58,702 nt of DNA. It comes from Octopus sinensis (lineage: Eukaryota). Position numbers and translations under genes: made by a program. Below the pieces are notes generated by a model that saw nothing but the letters and a program-made list of their open reading frames with translations, was not told the origin of the DNA and made no database searches. The stretch's first letter is position 1. Each line of letters starts with the position of its first letter. Shown here piece by piece: positions 12,692-24,362 of the stretch. The stretch lies in assembly GCF_006345805.1 (NCBI RefSeq), contig NW_021833801.1, positions 1 to 58,702 of the forward strand, given 5' to 3'.

Positions 12692-13108
12692 GGCGGTGAG
12701 CTGGCAGAGACGTTAGCACGCCGGGCAAAATGCCTAGCAGTATTTCGTCTGCTGTTACGTTATGAGTTCAAATTCCGCCGAGGTCGACTTTGCCTTTCAT
12801 CCTTTCGGGGATGATAAATTAAGAACCAGTTACGCACTGGAGTCGATGTAATCGACTTAATCCGTTTGTCTGTCCTTGTTTGTCCTCTCTGCGTTTAGCC
12901 CCTTGTGGGTAGTAAAGAAATAGGTATTTCTTCTGCAATTACGTTGTGATTTCAAACTCCACTGGGGTCGACTTTGCCTTTCATCCTTTCGGGGTCGATA
13001 AATTAAGTACCAGTTACGCCCTGGGGTCGATATAATCGACTAAATCCGTTTGTCTGTCCTTGTTTGTCCCTTCTATGTTTAGCCCCTTGTGGGCAATAAA
13101 GAAATAAG
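12692..13108 (+). mobile_element. tRNA-derived SINE family B, head plus two tandem body units
   Basis: A-box-like CTGGCAGAGACGTTAGC and B-box-like GAGTTCAAATTCC; the body GGTATTTC...GAAATA occurs twice. Confidence 0.85.
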
Positions 13109-13554
13109 AATCGTTTACGCGTAGGACAAACTTTTTAGCGATATTTCTTCCAGTGATTAATGTTCAGATCCCGTCGAGGTCAACTTTGCGCTTCTTCATT
13201 TCGGAGTCGATAAAGTTAAGTATTTGGGTCAACGTAATTGGCTTCCGTCCCTCTTCTCAAAAATTGCCCACCATATTACTCACTTCCTCAAGTTTACGTG
13301 AAACATGGTCGTACATAACCTTTTTGTAGCATAAAATGTTTTTCTTCCTTCCCCTGTTTCTCTTTCAAATCTTTGCTGAAGTTTGTTTATTATGCTCCTC
13401 TGGGTTCCCATAACAGCTCATTCCCTTCACTTTTTAAAAGTTTGGTTCATGTATTTTTTTTTTTATGTTATTAGTAGTTGCGGTCTGAGCGATATCAAAT
13501 GACACTCAAATATTGATTTCAATTTTTGGCATAAGGCCAGCAATTCCGGGGGAG

Positions 13555-13725
13555 GGAGTAATTCGATTGTATTGACCCCAAAATTCAACTGATACTTATT
13601 TTATCGACTCCAATAGGACGAAAGGCAAAGTCAACCTCGGCGGAATTTGAACTTAGAACCTGAAGACGGCCGAAATACCGCGAAACATTTTCCCCAGGTT
13701 TCTAATGATTGTGCTAGCTTAACGC
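13555..13725 (-). mobile_element. Diverged SINE family B-like copy
   Basis: GAAAGGCAAAGTCAACCTCGGCGGAATTTGAAC segment. Confidence 0.65.
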
Positions 13726-13796
13726 CTTAAATGACACTCAAATATTATCTGCACTATTCCGAAGCCTCTTCCTTCCGTTTGTGCAACTCCCCACTT

Positions 13797-14030
13797 GGTT
13801 AGTTAGTTAGTTAATTTTTTGGCTCAAAAAGCAAAAGGCAAGGCCATGTAGGGGGACATGGAGTTATGTACAGGGTGGTGTTCATGTAAAGAGTTCAGGC
13901 CACTTGTGGTCAAGGGAGACTTTGAACCGAGCGGTCGTCGGCATCTTCACCATCTCGTCCGGCAGCTTATTCCACGGATCCGCAACCCGGACGGAGAAAG
14001 CCCCTCTCCTTCGATTGGTGTAGGGGTCAT
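13797..14030 (-). mobile_element. CR1/L2-type LINE 3' end with (TAAC)n tail
   Basis: Minus translation RRRGAFSVRVADPWNKLPDEMVKMPTTARFKVSLDHKWPELFT* fits the CR1 'FS.RV...WN.LP...FK..LD' C-terminus. Confidence 0.8.
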
Positions 14031-14109
14031 GCGTGTTTTAATGTCCCTGCTGCACATTTTATCAATAGACTTGTCAAATGTCCCAAATAATTGTATTAGT
14101 ACTTCAAAT

Positions 14110-14424
14110 GTCACCGTGATCCCCGAGAGCGACCAGGCTATCAGATGTTGCTACACATCGCTGGTCACAATACGCTTCGCATTGTTTTAGCCTTCAAATG
14201 ACGCCACCCCGCTGGCTAAGTGAGCAGGCCAACAGAAGAAAGAGTGAGAGAAAGTTGTGGCGAAAGGGTATAGCAGAGATCGCCACCACCCACTGCCAGA
14301 GCCGTGTGGAGCTTTAGGCGTTTTTGCTCAATAAACACTCACAACGTCCGGTCTGGGAATCGAAACCGCGATCCTACGACCGCGAGTCCGCTGCCCTAAC
14401 CACTGGGCCATTGCGCCTCCACAC
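14110..14424 (-). mobile_element. tRNA-derived SINE family D
   Basis: Head GGCGCAATGGCCCAGTGGTTAGGGCAGCGGACTC...GGTTTCGATTCC; second copy at 54158-54472. Confidence 0.85.
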
Positions 14425-15189
14425 TTCAAATGTATTGTGGAATATTGCCGTGGAAGCGGAAATTTCTTATGGCCATAGCTTTTTAAATCTGGTGCAATAG
14501 TTTTTGGTTACTCTGTCGTTGTGAGCAGCACCTGTGTAGGATATATTTCCAATATATTTGACGCATTGTGAGGAATAGACGATACGGAGAAAGCGAAAGA
14601 GATGGAGAGAGAGAGGGGGAGAGGTAGAGAGAGAGGGAGGGATCGAGTGAGTGAAAGAAAGAGAGAGCGAGAAAGAAATTGTTGAGATAAATACTTTGGA
14701 TCTGGGGAACAACTGAACAGATTTTCTACACCCACTTGTTAAATATGAAAGTTTCTTTTGTCCAAACGCCATGCTTTTCCTCAAAAGAAAATGCGATTAA
14801 ATTCAGTTGTTTCTCGACATTTGTAAATATTTCAAGTACAAATCTTTCGATGATGAACGAAGAAATTGTAAGTGAACTGAATATTTTTATAGTGCTCTAC
14901 ACCATACTATATAAACACTGGATTTACAAACGAAAAAGATAACGGGGATTTAGGGCTACATTAAGTAAAAGCACAGATATGGATTATCATCTGAGAATAA
15001 TCTCTATTAAATATTTATAATCTTGGAGAGAATCACCCTGACTTTAGTTACAAGTGCGAGGCTTCTAGACTAGATATTTGTGGATGTTTCAATGACAGCG
15101 CAAAAGCTGTGGGTAATTTTTTCCAACTCTGGTCACAGAAGTGGTGAATAGAATCGAATGTGTGTGAAGGTTGTTCCTTCCTTCCCAAG

Positions 15190-15423
15190 TCGTATAGAAT
15201 CATAAGGGCCGGTTTCTCGGATTCCACGACGCATATATTTCCCCATCTGTACGGGACGCCGATCCATCGCAAGATAACTCATTTTTGCCGGCTGAGTGGA
15301 CTGGCGAAACGTGAAATGAAATATTTTACCCAAAAAATTCAACACGTCGTCCAGTCCAGGAATCGAAACCGCAATCTTACAGTCATAAGTCCAACACCCT
15401 AACCACTATGCCACGCGCCTCCA
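15190..15423 (-). mobile_element. tRNA-derived SINE family E (central segment shared with family C, different tail)
   Basis: Homologous to 34321-34544. Confidence 0.7.
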
Positions 15424-15504
15424 CTAATCGAGTGTGTGTATATGTATATGTATATGTATGTTTATATACGTGCATAGGAAGAAAAATTAGATGTGACTAA
15501 AACT

Positions 15505-15744
15505 AATCTTTTACTTGATTCAGTCATTAAACTGTGGCCATGCTGGGGCATTGCCTTGAAGAATTTTAGTTCAATGAATCGATCCCAGTTGTAATTTAAG
15601 CCTGGTACTTATGTGATCGGATTTAGCCCTTATCGAACCGCTAAGTTATGGCAACACCAGTTATCAAGCGGGGGGGGGTAAAACACACACACACTCACAT
15701 ACACTGACACTAACACACACATACATACTGACACTAACATACAT

Positions 15745-15779
<35 letters not shown>

Positions 15780-15928
15780 CGACGGGCTTCTTTCAGTTTC
15801 CGTCTACCAAATCCACTTACAGGGATTTGGTCGGCCCGAGGCTATAGTAGAAGACACCTGCCCGAGGCTTCACGCAGTGGGACTGAACTAGAAGCTAAAC
15901 AGTTGGGAAGCAAGTTTTTTACCACACA
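15505..15928 (-). mobile_element. SINE family A, diverged
   Basis: Reverse complement of family A head and tail with a central (CA)n/(TA)n. Confidence 0.8.
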
Positions 15929-16247
15929 GCCACGCCCGGTAAATAAAATTTGATGTGTGTAGTTCGGACAGCAGAGTGTCTCTCCAGGCCGAGACGCTAC
16001 TCCTCTGCATTGAGAGCCCACAGCTCCGATACTCAAAACATGCGATTAGAATTTCGCAGGAAAGAAACACAAGAGATCTTCCAAGCCGGCCCTTCCAGTA
16101 GGAGACCTACGGAGAAACCAAGAACGAAATGCTCTTGTTTGGCAATCAAGACACCAACAGTATTTCTGGTAGAACTCTAAAGAGGAGGCGCCTGAGAACT
16201 CGACCACCACAACTCCATCAGGAATTATGAATGGGTAGAGAAAATGG

Positions 16248-16544
16248 ATGGATGAATGGTTGGATGGATGGATGGAGGTGAATCTTAAAGTACACTCCCA
16301 TAAGAGAAGTGCAATACAGAGCTTCTTAAGGGAGCTAGAGGGCCGGAGGAAGGAACCCATACCCTGGATTGAAGACCCGGATTGGCCTCCGCAGGTGACT
16401 ACGGAGGTCATATCGGAAGTCGATATGTTCAGGGTGTTGGACTCCTTCCCGAAGGACCAGTTTAGGTTCACCTTCTGGGGCCCTGACCTGGAGCTGAAGC
16501 ATTGCTTGAGGGAGGCATACAGTATGGTCGGGGAGGAAGGATAA
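16248..16544 (+). other. Orphan 98-aa ORF in a GC-richer island, probably part of an unclassified retroelement
   Basis: Protein-like composition (KRSAIQSFLRELEGRRKEPIPWIEDPDWPPQV...); no motif recognised. Confidence 0.3.
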
Positions 16545-16847
16545 AGAGGCTTTAGTGCCTAAAATGTTTATTGTATGTTATTGTTTGTAAGAGGCTCAGC
16601 GCCTCAGTTTTTAATGGACTATTAAGTCCAGTAATTGTAAGAACCAAGGTAAGAGGTTCAATACCTCGTTTCGTTCTTTGAAGAACAATGGTTTAGAGAA
16701 GCAGAAGATTGGCGGGTGTCTTTGGCTCCTCTCATTAATATCATAATTTCGTTTATCATTTCGTCTCATTAGAAAAAATGTCCAGCCCGCAGCTGCATCT
16801 GTGTAATGCCCTTGTGGCAAATTATATGAATAAAAGTACACTTCGTA

Positions 16848-17670
16848 GGCGCATGAGTGGCTGTGTGGTTAGTAGCTTGCTAACCAACCACATGGTTCCA
16901 GGTTCAGTCCCACTGCATGGCACCTTGGGCAAGTGTCTTCTGCTGTAGCCCGGGCCGACCAATACCTTGTGAGTGGATTTGGTAGACGGAAACTGAAAGA
17001 AGCCTGTCGTATATATGTATATATATATATGTTTATTACACACATGTGAGTGAGAACACTTTGAGATATTTTTGGTATCTAACATATGTCAGATACTGCG
17101 AGCGCTGCTTCTGATTGGTCAATCCATGGTGATGACCCAAGGTCACGGTGACAGCGCTGCTTCTGATTGGTCAATACATGGTGATGACCCGAGGTCACGG
17201 TGACGGCACTACTTTTGTCATTCATAAGTTACAACTAAACGTGAAGAATTTAGTTATTAGGTTAATAAAATATGGTCGTTTATTCGTGTGTAATAAATAA
17301 AATACCAAACGAGTTCCCTATGGATACCGTATTTATTACAATGAGTGGCTTTCGCTCGTTAGATACGTTTACAAGCCACGAGTTGTAATAAATACGGTAT
17401 CCATAGGGAACTCGTTTGGTATTCTCTCTATATATGTGTGTGTGTGTGGGGGGTGTCTGTGTTTGCCCCCCTAGCATTGCTTGACAACCGATGCTGGTGT
17501 GTTTACGTCCCCGTCACTTAGCGGTTCGGCAAAAAGAGACCGATAGAATAAGTTCTGGGCTTACAAAAAGAATAAGTCCCGGGGTCGATTTGATCGACTA
17601 AAGGCGGTGCTCCAGCATGGCCGCTGTCAAATGACTGAAACAAGTAAAAGAGAGTAAAAGAGAAAAGAGA
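16848..17670 (+). mobile_element. SINE family A split by a ~400-bp insert in its central microsatellite
   Basis: 5' half at 16848-17020 and 3' half at 17455-17670. Confidence 0.75.
17301..17423. repeat. Hairpin with perfect 41-bp arms
   Basis: 17301-17341 is the exact reverse complement of 17383-17423; inner GTGGCTT/AAGCCAC pairing continues the stem. Confidence 0.9.
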
Positions 17671-18254
17671 GTTAGTATAGAAGAAAACGAAACGAAACGA
17701 AACGAAACGAAACAAGAGTCTGGAATAATTCTAGTGTGTTATGCTAAATAACCTTTTGAATTCGAGTTGATTAAAAACTAGTCGTGGAAAAATTAGCCAC
17801 AGCAAAATAAATCTAACGAAGTTTAATCAATAAAAACATGTCTCAATAAGAATTTGAGCCGGGGGGAGGGAGGATCAATATTTAAATGAAAGAAATATAA
17901 CGACTAAAGAAATAACAATTGCATTTCGGTTTAAACATTTATATATTAATGCGAGTAAAAGGTTACAAGTCTATTATCATCAATGTTCTTGGTTTATTGG
18001 TTAAGCATTGTAGAGTTTCTGCGAGATAATAATAAAAAGCGGGAAAGTTATAAAGATTACGAAAGCAATAACCGCTTCTTGATAATACGATGTTGCTTTA
18101 TATGTAGCAATGAAGTTTATGTTGAATATATTTACTGTCTTTGTGTGGGGGCGGAGGAGTGATGTTGAGGGTGGGGGGGGTGGGAGGAAATAAAATAAAA
18201 ATGTATGAATCAACGCTTAGTAAATAGACCTGAGTGCGTGTGTGTGTATGCGCG

Positions 18255-18291
<37 letters not shown>

Positions 18292-18405
18292 TATATATAT
18301 ACATAGTTATGTTTGTGTGTGTATGCATATACTTATATATGCATGTGTATGTGTGTATGCATATACATAGATATGTACGTGCATATATATATATGTGTAT
18401 GTTTT

Positions 18406-18450
<45 letters not shown>

Positions 18451-18563
18451 ATCTATATATTATATATATATATATAAATGTGGGTATGTAAACATGTAAT
18501 ACATACATATCTATGTATATATATACATATATATATACATATATATATACATATATATATACA

Positions 18564-18617
<54 letters not shown>

Positions 18618-19256
18618 CACACACACACACATAAGTATATACATACACACCCATATCCAACTAGTTAACTTTTCATGATGTGCATTAAAACATGTCCACA
18701 AGTTTATCGACACAAACTCGTTTAAAATTGCAAATTTAAAATCACTTGAGATCAGTTTATTTGGAATTGCAAACTATGTGTTATATCTGACATAAATGTA
18801 CGGATAAGTGCCGCATATAAGATAAGATGCGATCAGCCGCTCTCCGAATACAGAAGATACTACGAAATAATAATATGTGGCTTGACTTTAACGGGTTTCA
18901 ATTGCCTCTGATCGTTGATAGTTTGCAGGAAAATACAGGACAATCGCTGAACGTTGTCTGGGTACGTAATAATTGTTACTCTGAGCTTGCGCTGCACTGA
19001 GATTTCGAATTTAAATAAAGATCTAGATTCGATGAAGTGTATTTCAGTTTTATAAGTGAAACTGAACGGCCAAGGGTTCTCTCTTTCTGTCTTTCTCTCT
19101 CTGTTTCTTTCTTCCTTCCTTTCTTTCATTCTTTCTTTTCTTCGTCTGTTAACTTTTATCATTTACTTGTTTCAGCCATTAGACTGCAACCATGCTGGAG
19201 CACCGCATTCAAGACTTTTAGTGGAACGAATCGACACCAGTATATATTTGTTTCAT

Positions 19257-20623
19257 ATTTCTTTACTGCCCACAAGGGGCTACACACAGAGGGGATAAAC
19301 AAGGACAGACAAACGGATTAAGTCGATTATATCGACCGCAGTGCGTAACTGGTACTTATTTAATCGACCCCGAAAGGATAAAAGGCAAAGTCGACCTCGG
19401 CGGAATTTGAACTCAGAACGTAAAGACAGACGAAATACCTATTTCTTTTCTACCCACAAGGGGCTAAACACAGAGGGGATAAACAAGGACAGACAAACGG
19501 ATTAAGTCGATTATATCGACCGCAGTGCGTAACTGGTACTTATTTAATCGACCCCGAAAGGATAAAAGGCAAAGTCGACCTCGGCGGAATTTGAACTCAG
19601 AACGTAAAGACAGACGAAATACCTATTTCTTTACTACCCACAAGGGGCTAAACACAGAGGGGATAAACAAGGACAGACAAACGGATTAAGTCGATTATAT
19701 CGAATCCAGTGCGTAACTGCTACTTATTTAATCGACCCCGAAAGGATAAAAGGCAAAGTCGACCTCGGCGGAATTTGAACTCAGAACGTAAAGACAGACG
19801 AAATACCTATTTCTTTACTACCCACAAGGGGCTAAACACAGAGGGGACAAACAAGGACAGACAAACGGATTAAGTCGATTATATCGACCGCAGTGCGTAA
19901 CTGGTACATATTTAATCGACCCCGAAAGGATAAAAGGCAAAGTCGACCTCGGCGGAATTTGAACTCAGAACGTAAGACAGACGAAATACCTATTCTTTAC
20001 TACCCCAAGGGGCTAAACACAGAGGGGATAAACAAGGACAGACAAACGGATTAAGTCGATTATATCGAATCCAGTGCGTAACTGCTACTTATTTAATCGA
20101 CCCCGAAAGGATAAAAGGCAAAGTCGACCTCGGCGGAATTTGAACTCAGAACGTAAAGACAGACGAAATACCTATTTCTTTTCTACCCACAAGGGGCTAA
20201 ACACAGAGGGGACAACAAGGACAGACAAACGGATTAAGTCGATTATATCGACCGCAGTGCGTAACTGGTACTTATTTAATCGACCCCGAAAGGATAAAAG
20301 GCAAAGTCGACCTCGGCGGCGGAATTTGAACTCAGAACGTAAAGACAGACGAAATACCTATTTCTTTACTACCCACAAGGGGCTAAACACAGAGGGGACA
20401 AACAAGGACAGACTAACGGATTAAGTCGATTATATCGACCGCAGTGCGTAACTGGTACTTATTTAATCGACCCCGAAAGGATAAAAGGCAAAGTCGACCT
20501 CGGCGGAATTTGAACTCAGAACGTAAAGACAGACGAAATACCCATTTCTTTACTACCCACAAGGGGCTAAACACAGAGGGGATAAACAAGGACAGACAAA
20601 CGGATTAAGTCGATTATATCGAC
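19257..20623 (-). repeat. Tandem array of the SINE family B body, ~7.5 x 184 bp
   Basis: Unit starts at ~19257, 19441, 19625, 19809, 19992, 20174, 20360 and 20544. Confidence 0.95.
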
Positions 20624-20754
20624 TTAAGGTTAGGAAGCAGGCTTCTTACCACACAGCCACGATTTTTTGCACAAGGCCTGACATTAAGGGTGAAGTGGGT
20701 GCTAGCCAATTATGCCAGCCCCAGTGCTCAAATGGTATTTATTTTATCGAACTA

Positions 20755-20995
20755 GCGGCGGCGAACTAGCAGAATCGTTAGCACGCCGGGCGAAATACTT
20801 AGCGGTATTTCGGCTGCCGTTACGTTGTAAGTTCAAATTCCGCCGAGGTCGACTTTGCCTTTCATCCTTTCGGGGTCGATAAATTAAGTACCAGTTAAGC
20901 ACTGGGGTCGATATAATCGACTTAATACCTATGTCTGTCCATGTTTGTCTCCTCTATGTTTAGCCACTTGTGGGTAAAAAAGAAATAGGTATTTA
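20755..20995 (+). mobile_element. SINE family B, full head plus one unit
   Basis: Matches 12692 onward; ends in GAAATAGGTATTT. Confidence 0.85.
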
Positions 20996-21774
20996 TTTTA
21001 TCGATCCTCGCTCGAAAGGATGAAAGGCGAAGTCAACCATGGCAGGATTTGAACTCAGAACGTAAAACAGGACAAGATATTTTTAAGTGTTTTGTCCGCC
21101 GCGTTGACTGTTCTGCCAACTCGTCGACTTTTGGTTGATGAAGGAACTGTGTGTAGCCCCTTGTGGGCAGTAAAGTAATATGAAACAAATAATTACTGGT
21201 GTCGATTTGTTCCACTAAAGGTCTTGAATGCGGTGCTCCAGCATGGTTGCAGTCTAACTATGAACTCCACAGATACTCCTATGAACTCCACAGATACTCC
21301 TTAAATGTATCTGACTCAAAGTGCCGGACCTTAAACCGGTTTTGCATATCATTTAAGCGACCAAAGTCAAGGCATGCTTTCTGAGCAGGATTCAAATCCG
21401 TCACACGCTTACTCCTTTAGAGCTGTGTGGACTGGCGTAATGTCACTTGAAGTGATTTACTTTGGAACACAACGCAACACCGGGTCCAGGAATCGAGACC
21501 ACGTGCTTGTGATTTTGAGTTCAACAGTCTAACCACTAAGCCACTCTCAGTGTAACGTTAAAGAAATTTTCAGGCAGAATCAGAGTGACACAGAGTTTGA
21601 CAAGGATGGGATTTTCAATTACATGTACGGGTCCGTCATCGAGTTTCCATTCAGTTTCTGCTGAGCTAATTTTGCTTCGAAGCTTTTCGTAGATCTACAG
21701 ATTTGGTAAATGACACTTGTACAAGATAACACGCAGTGGGACTGAACCCGGGTTACCGTGATTCGGCCATTCGC

Positions 21775-22030
21775 TTGTAATATGTTGGCCTGGTAGTTTC
21801 TTGTTGGTAGGCATTGATCTTGAGCTGCTATGATAAACCCCTCTGTTTCAGATTTTAAGCCAGAGGCCATTAGCCATTGATGGGTCAGGGCTTTGTCGAT
21901 ATCTGCATTATTCGCTCTCTTTGGGTATTTGCCATAGAGAGGTTTTTCTTGCCATTTATTATTCAGAATATCTAAGGCCGCAGTTTTGGCACGGGTTTTC
22001 ATGCGCCTAGCTTTTTCTGTGCTTGTTTCT
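21775..22030 (-). mobile_element. R4/Dong-clade LINE internal fragment (between RT and CCHC)
   Basis: KWQEKPLYGKY...THQWLMASGLKSETEGFIIAAQDQCLPTRNYQ matches the R4/Dong 'LK.ETEG.I.AAQDQ.L.TR' block. Confidence 0.8.
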
Positions 22031-23602
22031 TGTATATATTATTATTATTATATATAATATTATAATATTATATTTGAATACTGAGTTAGACTTTCTTTAA
22101 CCGTTTGCCTGTTGAAAGCAGTTTCATGCTTTCAGACCAAGTTATCCTTTATTTCACACGTTAGCCTTTCTTTTATACCTTAACCCATATTTCATACATT
22201 AGCCCTTGTTTCATACCTTAACTCATGTTTCATACGTTAGCCCTTCTTTCATAGCTTAACCCAGGTTTCATACGTCAGCCCTATTATCATACGTATGATA
22301 AAACTTTCCTTTTATGAATTCCAAATTACTGTGGTAGTTGAGAATATTTTGCGAATATCGTATATGATGCATGGACGCCAGAGAAACATGTCCTGTGTAT
22401 TATATATGACGCACAAGACAGACACTTTTAATAAAGATCCCCATATATAATTTTCAATAATCTTATAATACTCGATAACTAAATTTTCGTATTCAAATAT
22501 TTCACTATAAGATTATATAAATATACTTTGTTTGTTATTACGATGTGACGGCGGTATGCAATGATATGTATAAACGCTAAGTTATTACCAGCTCAAATAT
22601 GTTTGCGGCATATTCGAACACAAGAGAGCCATTCACTGTGGTTTTGTCATGGTGAACATTTCCAGCTGTAGACAAATAATGTCATTCGTAATAACAAAAG
22701 TTTCTCGCGTTAGACAAATGGTATCTACAGCGAGAAATTTCCTCCATCACAAAACACAACGAACGGTTTTCTTGCGGGTCCGAATATACCCCAAACATAT
22801 TTAAACTTGTAATAACATTATATTTGTTTGTTATATTTTAAACTAAAGATGGCAGTCTGGTTATAGTATTACTCTTACTTCCTCCCGTACAGTTGGCCTT
22901 CACTTCGTGGAGCAAGATGTCTTCAATCATTCCGGTTTTTAAAATTTTGATCATAGACGTCTGCACCTTCCAAAATGATGTTAACTTGCGGCAGATCATT
23001 TTCGAAGATGCCGCGTCACATCTTCTTGGGTGACCCTTTTTATATGTAGTACAAGATGTATGTGAAGAGAATCGTGTGGCTATCATAGAAAGCTCCTCTT
23101 ACGGAATCGGCTATCAGTCCATCTAGAAATTCTATAGACTGAAATGCAATTGTAGAATTAAGTTGGTGTAACGACGATGTTCTGATGAACCTATGAGCTA
23201 TCTCTTTTTATTTTCATTGATATTATATTATGCAAAGGTATTCTAAAATGCCCAGCATGCATATTAATGCAGACACGCAACCATTTCTTTCACACTGAAA
23301 TTAATACTACATAAAGAAGGTTGCGAAACGGCCGTAATTCTATGGATGACATGTGGTTAAAATAAATATGTATTCACCTCTCATACTTCCTGACTTTTTA
23401 TAGCATACATACACATATACACACAGAGACAGGCGTATATATACATATATATATGCATACATATATATATATATATATACATATTGAAATAGATACATAT
23501 ATATAAATATATATATATACTTATATATATGTATATGTATGTATAAATATGTATATATGCGTATGTATGTATACATATTATGGTGCGCGGAGTATGCGTG
23601 TA

Positions 23603-23633
<31 letters not shown>

Positions 23634-23668
23634 TATGTATATGTGTTGTGGTGTATGCGCATGCGTAT

Positions 23669-23710
<42 letters not shown>

Positions 23711-23790
23711 ATATATATATATAATATATATATATATATATAATATATAAAATATATATATATATATATATATTATTATATATATATAAT

Positions 23791-23826
<36 letters not shown>

Positions 23827-23926
23827 GATATCTTATATATATATAATTATATATTCGGGTTCTAACTGCCATCTCAGAAACTTCACTTTTGTTGATGTTG
23901 CTTATCCACTGATTATCTCCTCGGCC

Positions 23927-24136
<210 letters not shown>

Positions 24137-24362
24137 CTCTCTCTCTGACGGATGTGATGTCGTTTCAGCTCCGAAGGTAATCATTTATTTTGACCATTTA
24201 AAAGTGTATATTGACAAACATTTTGTGCTTAAAAGTTGTGCAACACCATCCACTGTAAACCTTTGATAAATATCGACACAAAATTTTGCCCCTTGTGGGC
24301 AAAATTTAAAAGAAAAAATTCTCATAGCCTTCGTGGTTTCATTTAGCCATTTTATTTCCAAA

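Noticed and set aside
13658-13690. CTGAAGA-CGGCC-GAAA hammerhead-like word
   Set aside because: It is a mutated form of the SINE B antisense sequence (CGTAAAGACAGACGAAATACC) with no stem I or III closure.
22838-23086. 82-aa minus ORF, and a polypyrimidine-CAG acceptor-like site at ~22892, as a host exon
   Set aside because: No recognisable domain, stops in the other frames, and no supporting neighbouring exons.
23181-23215. CTGATGA core word
   Set aside because: No following GAAA or closing stems.
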